From: Sedimentisphaeraceae bacterium JB056
GTDB lineage: Bacteria; Planctomycetota; Phycisphaerae; Sedimentisphaerales; Sedimentisphaeraceae
DNA length: 64,000 nt
Direction of reading: 5' to 3'
Assembly (NCBI GenBank): GCA_044440125.1
Contig: JBITAJ010000029.1
Location: 288,001-352,000 of the forward strand
Position numbers and translations under genes: made by a program. Numbering within the stretch: the first letter of the stretch is position 1; every line of letters begins with the position of its first letter. The notes beneath the pieces were generated by a model, which had not been told where the DNA came from, searched no databases, and saw only the letters and a program-made list of their open reading frames with translations. Below, piece after piece: positions 29,594 through 39,195 of this stretch.

Positions 29594-31045
29594 ATGCGAA
29601 ATAAATTACTTATTATCTTAGCAGTTTTGGTTGGAGGGTATAATGTTTGCTTTGGCGTTTTAAGTGTTAAACCGGCAACGGATTTTTATACACCGATGTC
29701 AACAATGGTTTTTTCTGACAGAGATTATGTCATGACTTCCAACACTTATGCCTGGCTTGACGTGGGAGATGGAGCGGTTTGTTACGAGACGATGATGTTT
29801 CTCAAATTTGAGGACAGTCAGCTTCCTCAGAAACAATGCAAAAGAGTTTGGCTCCGGCTTACTTCTGGAGCCGGGGGCACTATGGGTCAGTCAAGTAGAC
29901 CGCTTTTAGTTTCGGTTAGTCCTACGGATATGGATGTTATGGAAATAATTTCTGGCAATATATCTCCACGTGATTTTTATGCAAATAATAATCATGTGAT
30001 GGAATCGGTTGCCAATCTTTTTGTTTACAAGGATGGCATATGTTATTGGGATATAACTGAAATTGTGAACAATTGGATTTTGTTTGAGACCAGTAATGGC
30101 GTGCAGGGATATAAGAATAACGGACTTGCAATTACAGGTAGAGAGGATGAAGGAGCATTGGATACTTCTGATAATCAGCATTGCGGTTTCTGGTCGACAG
30201 AATCTGTTACAGGTTCAGATCCTATGCCGCATTCTGCTGCACCTGTTCTTATTTTTACAGATGAGAATAATGGGTTTGATTCGCCATGGATTCCAAATTG
30301 GTCATCTCTTTCAGGTTACAGTTGTCAATTCTGGACAATGAGTTCTGCTGATGGTGTTTTAAGTTGTCCGCTTGTTCCTGATGAATATTGTAACAACAGC
30401 TTTGGTGAACCTAACCTTGTCTGGACAGAGGAAATTGTTATAGGTGGTGAAGAAATAATCAATCCATTTCTGACATGGCATCCTTCTCCAGATTCAAGTG
30501 ATGATGGGTTGCAGCCACATTGGGCAGATGGTGTTTACGGCGGTCTCTATCGAGGCTCTTCATATTCTGATTATACGCTTACTGCTAATGTGCCTGTCGG
30601 TACAGGATCACAAACAGTTACTGTGTTTGTTCAGTACGACTGGTATAACAGAGGCAGTGTGGATGTCAGTATTGATGGTGCTGTTGATATTACGCCTGAA
30701 AATATATTGGCATACGAGATTGCTGATTGCGGCAACGGTTTCAATTGGTATAGGAGTACGAAGATATTTCGAGTTGCCGAAGCTAGCGGAGAATTGAATG
30801 TCGTTTTTAATGTTTCCGGTGATGAGCCTTACATTGATTCAGTCTCTGTTACTACAGCAGTGAACCCGCCTGAATGCAGCGGTCTTTTGAGATTACCAGA
30901 AGATCTTGATATGAATGGCAGTATAGATAATTTTGAGTTCACTTCTCTGGCATCAAAGTGGCTGCTTGGGGAGGCAGGGCAAATTGATCTTGTAAATCTT
31001 GCTGATATATGGCTTGAAAGCAGTGATTATATATGGAAGTATTAG
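29594..31045 (+). CDS. Secreted protein: DNRLRE-like domain, beta-domain, dockerin-like C-terminus
   Basis: Signal peptide; FLKF, WDITEIVNNWI..NNGLAI; EDLDMNGSID..FTSLASKWL. Confidence 0.75.
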   Translation: MRNKLLIILAVLVGGYNVCFGVLSVKPATDFYTPMSTMVFSDRDYVMTSNTYAWLDVGDGAVCYETMMFLKFEDSQLPQKQCKRVWLRLTSGAGGTMGQSSRPLLVSVSPTDMDVMEIISGNISPRDFYANNNHVMESVANLFVYKDGICYWDITEIVNNWILFETSNGVQGYKNNGLAITGREDEGALDTSDNQHCGFWSTESVTGSDPMPHSAAPVLIFTDENNGFDSPWIPNWSSLSGYSCQFWTMSSADGVLSCPLVPDEYCNNSFGEPNLVWTEEIVIGGEEIINPFLTWHPSPDSSDDGLQPHWADGVYGGLYRGSSYSDYTLTANVPVGTGSQTVTVFVQYDWYNRGSVDVSIDGAVDITPENILAYEIADCGNGFNWYRSTKIFRVAEASGELNVVFNVSGDEPYIDSVSVTTAVNPPECSGLLRLPEDLDMNGSIDNFEFTSLASKWLLGEAGQIDLVNLADIWLESSDYIWKY

Positions 31046-31836
31046 ATAAAAAAACGAATACCGGTTTTACTCTTATTGAATTGCTTGTTGTTATCTCTAT
31101 TATTGCATTGCTTATGGCGATAGTAGCGCCTGCATTGTCAAAGGCAAGATGCTGTGCGAAAAGGATTATTTGTTCTACGCGGATGAAACAAATCTCGCTG
31201 GCGTTCACCAACTACGGTATTGATAATGATGGCAAGATAATAACTGCTTCAAAAATTATGACAGCAAGCAACCCTTGGATATGGGCATTGCTGCCGTATA
31301 TTGATGGTGATGAAGATGCCATTGATACATGGGATTCCCCGGCAAAGCTATGGTTTTGTCCCTGTGATAAAGATCCTTACCCTCTTGGGTATTCTCCGCA
31401 TGAGATGGAATATACGAGTTATGCTCTTAATGGATTTTATCAGGGAGTTTCCAGTGGAGGAGTCTGGGGCAGGAAAACTCCAGAGATTCGAGTGGGACCT
31501 GCCGGTGGTTATAAATATGCAAATATACGGCATGGCTCCGACTGTATGTTGATGGCAGAGACAAGCTACTATGGACAAATATACGATTTGGATAACGATA
31601 AACTCAGTGACTACAGACTTGATGATTATGGTCATCATCGCAATACATCCGGCTTCTATCATGATGGACGAATGAATGTGATGTTTGTTGATGGACATAT
31701 TGATAGTGTAAAAGGAATTGATGCCGATGAAGTTGAACCGCCGCAAACTATAAGAGATGCCGGTTATATGTTTTGGTCTGATTTGTCGCTGCCTGATTCA
31801 CAGGAAAATAAACTGCTTTGGGGACCTGGATATTAG
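31033..31836 (+). CDS. Prepilin-type N-terminal cleavage/methylation protein with H-X9-DG C-terminal motif (DUF1559-like)
   Basis: GFTLIELLVVISIIALLMAI..PALSKAR; CPCD; HDGRMNVMFVDGH. Confidence 0.92.
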   Translation: MEVLDKKTNTGFTLIELLVVISIIALLMAIVAPALSKARCCAKRIICSTRMKQISLAFTNYGIDNDGKIITASKIMTASNPWIWALLPYIDGDEDAIDTWDSPAKLWFCPCDKDPYPLGYSPHEMEYTSYALNGFYQGVSSGGVWGRKTPEIRVGPAGGYKYANIRHGSDCMLMAETSYYGQIYDLDNDKLSDYRLDDYGHHRNTSGFYHDGRMNVMFVDGHIDSVKGIDADEVEPPQTIRDAGYMFWSDLSLPDSQENKLLWGPGY

Positions 31837-31856
31837 AAACAATAAAGGAAATGATA

Positions 31857-32801
31857 ATGAGATTATTAAAGAATAGATATAAAGTGATATTGTTTTATCT
31901 GCCGATGATTTTTCTGGCAGGTTGTAAGTTTGATTCTTGCAGCAAGGATATGTGGATTGATATTCATCAAGGCGAACCGATTGTTTATGATGATATGCTT
32001 GAAGATATATGCCAAGCCGATGTGATATATTTAGGTGAGCGGCATACTATAGACAGGCATCATGATGTGCAGCTTAAAGTTATAAGCGACCTTTGTGAGG
32101 GTGAGAGGAAAATCATTCTTGGTCTTGAACAGCTTGGTGAATATCAGCAGGAGATAATTGGTAAATATAATTCCGGTGACATTTCTCTTGACGAACTTGT
32201 CAGCCAAACTGACTGGCCTGCTAACTGGAGCAACTATCAGGATTACCTGCCTTTATTAGAAAGAGTGAGAGCTTCGGATGGAATTGTTGCAGGCCTTAAT
32301 GCAAGATCTGAAATTATACGTAAGGTGGCAAGAATGGGAATTGATAAGCTTGACGAAAATGATAGAAGTCAACTTCCTCAAAGCATTAATACTGATAAGC
32401 CTGAATATAAAAAGTATCTCTCGAAAGTTATGTGGTCTATGCGGCATGTAACGGGTGATGAGTCGATGATGGAGCGGATGTATACTGCGCAGATGTGTCG
32501 TGATGAGAAAATGGCTGAGAGCTTGCAGAAAATTTGCGAAAGATACGATGAAGATAATTGGCTTGCTGTAGTTGTTGCAGGCAGTGGACACGTGCGAAAC
32601 GGGGCTGGTATGCCTGAGTGCTTCAAAAGAAGAATGCCGCAGGTGAGCGACAGGATAATAATTGCATCTTCGTGTGGGCAATTATCTCTGGATAAAAAAA
32701 TGAGTGCAATGAGTCGTGATATAGAAATGACTCATGAAGAATTCGGGAGTATCTCGAATCATGTTGCAGATTATATAAATGTGATTAGTAATTTTGATTA
32801 A
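31857..32801 (+). CDS. ChaN-family heme-binding lipoprotein
   Basis: Lipobox LAGC; DVIYLGERH..RHH.VQL, LGLEQ, AQ..RDEKMAE, AGSGH. Start placed at ATG 31857 (AAGGA upstream). Confidence 0.85.
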   Translation: MRLLKNRYKVILFYLPMIFLAGCKFDSCSKDMWIDIHQGEPIVYDDMLEDICQADVIYLGERHTIDRHHDVQLKVISDLCEGERKIILGLEQLGEYQQEIIGKYNSGDISLDELVSQTDWPANWSNYQDYLPLLERVRASDGIVAGLNARSEIIRKVARMGIDKLDENDRSQLPQSINTDKPEYKKYLSKVMWSMRHVTGDESMMERMYTAQMCRDEKMAESLQKICERYDEDNWLAVVVAGSGHVRNGAGMPECFKRRMPQVSDRIIIASSCGQLSLDKKMSAMSRDIEMTHEEFGSISNHVADYINVISNFD

Positions 32802-32814
32802 AGGAAAAAAGGAA

Positions 32815-33768
32815 ATGAAAAAAAGATTTGATATGTCAACTTGGATGAAATCAGTTTTAGTTGTTTTAGTTTGTTTGTGTAATCTTACTTTCGCAGGAGA
32901 GAAAATGGATGAGGTTGCTGAAGATGGTTCGCCGGGGCTTTTAATAATAGCTCATGGTGCTCCTTGGCCCCGGTGGAACCAGCCTGTGCTTCAGCTCGGT
33001 GAAGATGTTGTAAGTATGCTTGGTGAAGGTAGCCCTTTCTCAAAGATTAAAGTTGTGTTTATGGAATTTGCCAAGCCGACAGTGGCAGATGGTATAAAGG
33101 AATTTGAACAGGCCGGTTGCAACCGAATTGTTGCTGTACCGCTTTTAATTGCGCCTTCATCACATTCTCATTGGGATATTCCTGCTCTTCTGGGAGTTTA
33201 TAGCAGCAGTGAGATGGAAGAAGAGCTTAAAGCCGAAGGTGCAGAAATTGTCCGAAGCAAACTTCCGATAACTATCACACCCACCATCTCTTCCAGTGAT
33301 GTAATACAAAAAGTGATGCTCAAGAGAGTGATGGAGTATAGTAAGTCGCCGAAGGATGAAGCGGTTGTTTTGCTGGCTCATGGCGATCATGTAATTCCGA
33401 ATGTGTGGAATGATTTTATGAAACAGACGATAACCTTTATTTGCGGTAATTCAAAAATAAGCTATGGTGATTGGGCTTGTGTTGAGATGGGGCAAAGTTA
33501 TACTGATGCAGTTTCTGCTATAGCAAAAGCAGGAGAGAAACGCAAGCGTGTTATTGTTGTTGGTTCTTATCTTTCGATGGGTGTTGATAAGCTGCATCAG
33601 CGATGGCTCAAAACAAATTCTGGTGAAGTTCATGGTCATTCAGAAGCGGAAGATCCGTTTGATGGAATTGAAGTTGTCTGTGCTTCAAAAGGACTCCTGC
33701 CTGATAAACTTGTTGCAGAATGGATAGTAGAAACAGCCGTTTCTGAAATTGATCGAAATGGGAAATAG
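32815..33768 (+). CDS. CbiX/SirB-family chelatase with predicted signal peptide
   Basis: LIIAHG, FMEFAKPT, VAVPLLIAPSSH, second VLLAHG; N-terminal MKK..SVLVVLVCLCNLTFA. Confidence 0.8.
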   Translation: MKKRFDMSTWMKSVLVVLVCLCNLTFAGEKMDEVAEDGSPGLLIIAHGAPWPRWNQPVLQLGEDVVSMLGEGSPFSKIKVVFMEFAKPTVADGIKEFEQAGCNRIVAVPLLIAPSSHSHWDIPALLGVYSSSEMEEELKAEGAEIVRSKLPITITPTISSSDVIQKVMLKRVMEYSKSPKDEAVVLLAHGDHVIPNVWNDFMKQTITFICGNSKISYGDWACVEMGQSYTDAVSAIAKAGEKRKRVIVVGSYLSMGVDKLHQRWLKTNSGEVHGHSEAEDPFDGIEVVCASKGLLPDKLVAEWIVETAVSEIDRNGK

Positions 33769-33780
33769 TTTCTTTTTTTT

Positions 33781-33813
33781 AAGGCTGTCAAATAGTTAAT
33801 TTGGCAGCCTTTT
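33781..33813. terminator. Terminator between convergent genes
   Basis: AAGGCTGTCAAA-N7-TTTGGCAGCCTT followed by T residues. Confidence 0.7.
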
Positions 33814-33818
33814 GATAT

Positions 33819-35027
33819 TTAGTGTATTTTTTTGATCCAGTTCTTTATGGCAGATATTGCCTCATTCTTGGTTTTGATGATCTCATCAAGCTGGTTTTGA
33901 TAAAGCTTACGGCATAACTTGCCTATTTGAGGCCCGTTTGGTGCGCCAAGCTCTATTATCTCATTGCCATTAAGAAGTGGGGGAGGAAGAAGTACCGTAT
34001 CCTTGAGTTTTTCTGCTCTTTGCATGATCAACTCAAGGTTTTCGGTGCTTTTTGATTCTGATAACTGGCAGCCTCGTTGTATATCGAAGAGCATCGCAAA
34101 CCTTTTGTCTGCAAGAAGCGGCCGCAGTGTTGAAAGTTTCATGTCTGGCTCGAGAAGCTGATTCTTATTTTCAATTACCCAGTTTATTGCTTTGTTCTGA
34201 TTATTACTCAGTTTCAGAGGTCTTACGAGCTTTTCTGCTTTTGTTGAGCTGCATTTGCAGAGCATTGTTCCAAGCCCTTTTTCAAGTGAGACGGGACTTG
34301 TGATTTTCTCCAGTACTTTTATGCCTTGCGATATTTCGTCTTTTGTTAATGTTGGGAATATCAGTTCAAGGATGCCGCTCTCAACGAGCATAGTGATTCC
34401 GGCCGCTCGTCTTTCACATCCGAATACTCTTTCCAATTCGGCAGCTATTCTTTCTCCGCTTATCTTTTCGATATTGGGGGCGAGTTTCTTTATGGCTTTC
34501 CAGGTGGAGGTTTCAATTTTATATCCTAATTCGGCAGAGAATCTTATTGCTCTGAGCATTCTCAGATAGTCTTCGTCGAACCTTTCCTGCGGTTTGCCGA
34601 TAGTTCTTATAAGCTGCTTCTCAAGATCTTCTTTGCCTCCTACGAAATCAATCACTTCATCATTTATCGGGTCGTAAAACATGCCGTTTATGGTGAAGTC
34701 ACGGCGAAGTGCATCTGTTTTGGGATCAGAGAAGGTGATGTGTTCAGGCCTTCTGCCGTCGGAATAGTAACCGTCCGAGCGAAATGTTGCTACTTCAATC
34801 TGCTCATTTTCTATCAATACGATTACAACGCCGAATTGAGCACCTACCTCTATTCTCCTGCGGAATAATTTACAAACCTGATCAGGTGTTGCGCTTGTGG
34901 CAACATCAAAATCTTTTGGTTTGCGGTTGATGAGCATGTCACGTACACAACCACCGGCAAAGAGTGCCTGATATCCGGCATCTCTCAGTTGATTCAAAAC
35001 TTTTATCGCTGCTTCTTTATTTGTCAT
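33819..35027 (-). CDS. cca: CCA tRNA nucleotidyltransferase
   Basis: GGCVRD, DFDVAT, EVATFR, RRDFTING, EDYLRMLRA. Confidence 0.9.
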   Translation of the reverse strand: MTNKEAAIKVLNQLRDAGYQALFAGGCVRDMLINRKPKDFDVATSATPDQVCKLFRRRIEVGAQFGVVIVLIENEQIEVATFRSDGYYSDGRRPEHITFSDPKTDALRRDFTINGMFYDPINDEVIDFVGGKEDLEKQLIRTIGKPQERFDEDYLRMLRAIRFSAELGYKIETSTWKAIKKLAPNIEKISGERIAAELERVFGCERRAAGITMLVESGILELIFPTLTKDEISQGIKVLEKITSPVSLEKGLGTMLCKCSSTKAEKLVRPLKLSNNQNKAINWVIENKNQLLEPDMKLSTLRPLLADKRFAMLFDIQRGCQLSESKSTENLELIMQRAEKLKDTVLLPPPLLNGNEIIELGAPNGPQIGKLCRKLYQNQLDEIIKTKNEAISAIKNWIKKIH

Positions 35028-35052
35028 CGTGTTGCTTAAGGTTATGCTGGTA

Positions 35053-35676
35053 TTATTCTATAAAGTCTTCAATGTCGCGTTCGAGTTCGTACTGGTCGTT
35101 GTAGCGGCGGAGAAATGTTTCGGTCATGTTTCCCCATTGACGCCTTTCGATTACTTTCAGCTCGCCGTAGCTGTCATCAAGTACACTTCTGTGATGAGTG
35201 CGAGCCAATACCAGTCCTCCCGGGCGCATCTGCTCGTTCATGGTAAGGAGCATTCGGCCGAGCTTGGAGCTTGCACCTGCATTCTTTGTAAGCGGGAAGG
35301 GCGGGTCGACAAAAGCCAAATCATATAAACCTTCGCCGGGTACCAAGGGGGCTCCTGCCTTGAAGGCATCTGTTCGTACCACACGGCTGTAATCCTGATA
35401 GCGGGCTTTTTCGATGTTGCGGTTTAATATCTCAACTACTTCGCGATTTAATTCAACGAATGTCACCTCTGCTGCTCCGCGGCTCAGTGCCTCAAGACCG
35501 AATGAACCTGTCCCGCTGAATATGTCGGCTACCTTGCACTCAGCCGGCATATCATAAGCATTTGTGAGTATGCTGAAAATAGACTCTTTAACCCTGTCGG
35601 TTATTGGCCTTGTTGTGTTTCCTTTGGGGCTGAATAAATTCATACCCTTGCGTTCACCTGCTATTATTCTCATCAA
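35053..35676 (-). CDS. rsmD: 16S rRNA m2G966 methyltransferase
   Basis: MRIIAG, TRP.TDRVKES, D.FSGTGSFGLEALSRGA, DPPF. Confidence 0.93.
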   Translation of the reverse strand: MMRIIAGERKGMNLFSPKGNTTRPITDRVKESIFSILTNAYDMPAECKVADIFSGTGSFGLEALSRGAAEVTFVELNREVVEILNRNIEKARYQDYSRVVRTDAFKAGAPLVPGEGLYDLAFVDPPFPLTKNAGASSKLGRMLLTMNEQMRPGGLVLARTHHRSVLDDSYGELKVIERRQWGNMTETFLRRYNDQYELERDIEDFIE

Positions 35677-35746
35677 AAAATTCCGATCATTTTTGTTTTC
35701 TTAACGATATGCGTTGTCTATGGGTGTTTGGGCTGGGGCTGAATCA

Positions 35747-36631
35747 TTAGTCTTTGGGATATCTCAGGTCTATATATTTGTATTTTCCTTTGAGTGTTCC
35801 TTTTGTCCGGAACATTTCATACAGTGACATGAGTTTCTGTTCTTCCGGCATTTCAACATTTGCCGCTGCCTGTCCGGGTTCTGCTCCCCAGAGTATTTCA
35901 GGGCCGTCTATTGTTTTGATGATAAGTTGAGAAACCGATGAACCGCGTTTGTTGAAATTGCTTACATCAACGCTCTCGATCTCGTATATAAGCTTCTTCG
36001 TTTGCCCTTTGTCCATTTCCTGAAGCATTCGTATTAGTTTTACCGCTGCCGCGATATCGTCCTCACGCCATGGCTGACCTGGTATCGGCTTTTCCTTGTT
36101 TTTGAAACCGGTTATCTCTACGATACTAAGTGAGTTCATAGGTATGTAGTCAAGTGCATAGAATTCATGATCCACGTAGAACGTGCCGCCTTGTGTTTTC
36201 AAAGAAGCAACCGGTTTGCGGTATTTTGCTCTTACCTCGATAACATCGTGGGCAGTACGTACTGAAATATCTGTGAGCCATTTGAGGTGGCTGTCAAGAT
36301 TGCGTGCGACCATTTCGGCTGTTGCCGGCTCAATAGGCAACCTTTCGAGTCCCATTTTAGCGGTCTCATTGATTCGTTTGAGCAATTCCTGATTGACCCA
36401 GTCGGGTCTGTCAACAAGCCGCAGAGGTACGGAGCTTTCATGTTCATTGTAGAGATCGTTTCGTACAAAATCCTCAAGCTTGACAAATCCGTAACATATG
36501 CCGCCTATCATTACGAGCATTGTTATGACAGTAGCCGCCCTGAAAAGGTTTTTTGTATTACCCTTGCGGCTTCTGCGGGTTTTAGGTTTCCGCGTTGTAG
36601 TTTTTTTAGTTTTTTGTCTCTGTTTAGCCAT
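35747..36631 (-). CDS. ftsQ: FtsQ/DivIB-like cell division protein
   Basis: Basic cytoplasmic tail, single TM, YRKPVA, C-terminal YIDLR; directly after ddl. Confidence 0.65.
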   Translation of the reverse strand: MAKQRQKTKKTTTRKPKTRRSRKGNTKNLFRAATVITMLVMIGGICYGFVKLEDFVRNDLYNEHESSVPLRLVDRPDWVNQELLKRINETAKMGLERLPIEPATAEMVARNLDSHLKWLTDISVRTAHDVIEVRAKYRKPVASLKTQGGTFYVDHEFYALDYIPMNSLSIVEITGFKNKEKPIPGQPWREDDIAAAVKLIRMLQEMDKGQTKKLIYEIESVDVSNFNKRGSSVSQLIIKTIDGPEILWGAEPGQAAANVEMPEEQKLMSLYEMFRTKGTLKGKYKYIDLRYPKD

Positions 36632-36673
36632 ATCAACTTCTTAGATTTTTCGCTGCTGGTCAAAACCGAGGTC

Positions 36674-37585
36674 TTATTCGGCAGATTCCAATATTTTAAC
36701 ACATAACTGCCCCTGACTCAACCCTGACTTTTCAGCGGCCTTGGGCAGAAGCGAGTGGCTTGTGAACCCGGGAATCGTGTTGATCTCAAGTATATAGAAG
36801 CTGTTATCTTCTGTGAGCAGAAAATCAACTCTCGAAAATCCTCTGCAACCCATTGCCTCGAAACACTTTAACGCAGACTGCTGCATATCGCTGATTAGTT
36901 TTCCGTCAGCAAGTGTGTCGAAGAGGTATTCGGTGCTATCGGATATATACTTGGCATTATAGTCGTAAAAACTTTCTTTCGGGCATATTTCTATCAATGG
37001 CAGGGCGTCTCCGGCGAGAATGCCTACGGTAAATTCCCGCGCCTTGATGAATTTTTCAATCAGCGACCTGCCGTATTTCGCTGTGCATTGTTGAGCCGTT
37101 TGCAGGGCATCGGATTTATCGACAATCATAACGCCTGTACTGCTGCCTTCGCATGCCGGCTTGATTACTACTTTTTCTCCCATATTCTCCAGCTCGGACG
37201 CGACGCTTTCCCAATTGCTGTCTTTGTCTATGGTTATCCAGTGGGGAGTGGGCAGATTGTTGGCTTTCAGGATTTCTTTGGTCTTTATCTTGTCGAAGGA
37301 CATCTTTGACGATTTTGAATCACTGCCGGTGAAACGAAGACCTTTGGCCTCCAATTCTGATTGCAACGAGCCGTCTTCGCCCCATGTTCCATGAAGCATA
37401 ATGAAGAAGATATCTATTGATTTGTCATCAAGTATTGCCATGTTCTCAGGTGTGATGTCTACTCCGCAGGCATCAATCCCCTCAGACGTTAGCGCTCTGA
37501 CGACATTTTCTCCGCTGTTGAGCGATACTTCCCGTTCGCTTCCAACGCCTCCCATTAATACGGCAACCTTCCCTGAAAAAGCCAT
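36674..37585 (-). CDS. ddl: D-alanine--D-alanine ligase
   Basis: GG.GSEREVSL, LHG.WGEDG, KP..EGSS.G, YDYNAKY, EINTIPG. Confidence 0.96.
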   Translation of the reverse strand: MAFSGKVAVLMGGVGSEREVSLNSGENVVRALTSEGIDACGVDITPENMAILDDKSIDIFFIMLHGTWGEDGSLQSELEAKGLRFTGSDSKSSKMSFDKIKTKEILKANNLPTPHWITIDKDSNWESVASELENMGEKVVIKPACEGSSTGVMIVDKSDALQTAQQCTAKYGRSLIEKFIKAREFTVGILAGDALPLIEICPKESFYDYNAKYISDSTEYLFDTLADGKLISDMQQSALKCFEAMGCRGFSRVDFLLTEDNSFYILEINTIPGFTSHSLLPKAAEKSGLSQGQLCVKILESAE

Positions 37586-38113
37586 AATTATAAGTCCTGT
37601 ATAATTTTATGATAAGTAAGTAATGCAAATATCTTTGTGTAAATGATGCACAAAATATATGAAATCAGTATATATCAGAAGTGTAAAAAGTCAAGATTTT
37701 ATAAATGTTGTTTTTTTCCATGTTGATACGCTCACCTAAGCCTGGCAGTGCCGCGATATCACAATACAACTGCTTTAATTTGCTTTGCAAATATAAATAT
37801 TTCCCGCTTGCACGATTCTGCATCCGATAATATAATGGCATATGATAATTGCCGATGTACTGTGTGACTAACAGGCATTCCTGTATTTATAATTGAGGTG
37901 GGTATTGGGTGGCTAACAATGAAAATGAGAGCAAAAGAGAGACCTGGCCATTTAATTGGGTCTAAAAGACAATAACAAGGTAGTCCTGACAAGCGAAGGT
38001 ATAAACCCACAAATAATAATCGGTCAGCTACCAGTAAGTAATGAGTAGAGGTGATAAAAAGGCCTAAATAGATAATTGTCTAATAATGTTCGGTATACTA
38101 TTTATTAAAGTAA

Positions 38114-38941
38114 ATGGAAAAGATGAAAGAAATAACAAAAGTCGAACCACACTTTATTGCGTATTTTGACATACTTGGTTACAAAGAAGCCATCAAGGAT
38201 AATCAGAATATTCTTTTAAGGGATATTAGCAAAGCTATGGATAGAATCGAAGATATAGTCAGAAAAGTCAACTTATATATGTCCCGTATATATGAAATGA
38301 GTAATCCTAATGATGAGCTTGAGTTGGAAGTAATACCCATTGGCAAGCGAGTGTTTTCTGACAACGTGCTTCTTTACGCAAAGGTTACCGGTAATGATTT
38401 AATGAAACTTTATCATCTACTTGGTTTTATAACTACCTGTGGTATAGTACAACAAGAATGTCTGCTTAGATATGGATTATTGATTCGTGGTTCAATTACA
38501 ATGGGTGATTTTTATCAAAATGAAACATTTTTATTCGGTCAATCACTAATAAGAGCATACGAACTTGAATCTTCTATTGCAGTGTATCCTCGTATAGTAA
38601 TCGATAAACCTTGTATCGATTTGTTTTCATCTTGCAATGATGAATCTTCAGTACTGCTTGCGTTCAATAGATTGAAAAATAAAGCTATTTTTAATGATAA
38701 GGATGGTATTGCTTACGTGAATTACTTGGGTACAGGTCAAAACAATAAAATCGAGTTTGAAGATAGACTTGAACGCCATAAGGAAAAAATAGTAGGAAAG
38801 ATAGAGGCAGTTGGTCGCACTATGAAAGAGTTACGCACTTCTAATGATAAAATATTCTACAAGTTGTCGTGGATAGCAAATTATCATAATGAATTCTGCA
38901 AAAAATATGAAATGGAGAATCATAGTATAAAAGAAGTATAA
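38114..38941 (+). CDS. Class III nucleotide-cyclase-like hypothetical protein
   Basis: FIAYFDILGYK, FSDNV, LIRGSITMG, FGQSLIRAYELES, YPRIVID. Confidence 0.6.
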   Translation: MEKMKEITKVEPHFIAYFDILGYKEAIKDNQNILLRDISKAMDRIEDIVRKVNLYMSRIYEMSNPNDELELEVIPIGKRVFSDNVLLYAKVTGNDLMKLYHLLGFITTCGIVQQECLLRYGLLIRGSITMGDFYQNETFLFGQSLIRAYELESSIAVYPRIVIDKPCIDLFSSCNDESSVLLAFNRLKNKAIFNDKDGIAYVNYLGTGQNNKIEFEDRLERHKEKIVGKIEAVGRTMKELRTSNDKIFYKLSWIANYHNEFCKKYEMENHSIKEV

Positions 38942-38956
38942 TATGGTGCCGAACAC

Positions 38957-39122
38957 TATTGGACAGTTACCTATTACCATTTTAATGTCACATGGTATTA
39001 TGAAATGAAGAATGGGGAAAGTTGGCTTGGGCTGTTTTGATAAATTGTATGAGAAGAGAGAAATTGGTAATAGGGGACGGTTACCAATACTGTTCGACGA
39101 TAATAGGGTACAGTTACCTGTT
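38957..39122. repeat. Cluster of three copies of a ~21-bp imperfect palindrome (consensus AATAGGGGACAGTTACCTATT)
   Basis: Copies at 38957-38975, 39069-39088 and 39102-39122; degenerate copies at 38022-38032, 39764-39779 and 41934-41945. Confidence 0.65.
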
Positions 39123-39195
39123 TTTCGTTCGGTGTTACGGCTGAGGAGATGCAAGAGTTTAACGAATGGAATAGTGGATGGTAAACGGAGGCTAA

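Noticed and set aside
37759..38010. 83-aa minus-strand ORF upstream of ddl
   Set aside because: No motif or convincing RBS; likely spurious.
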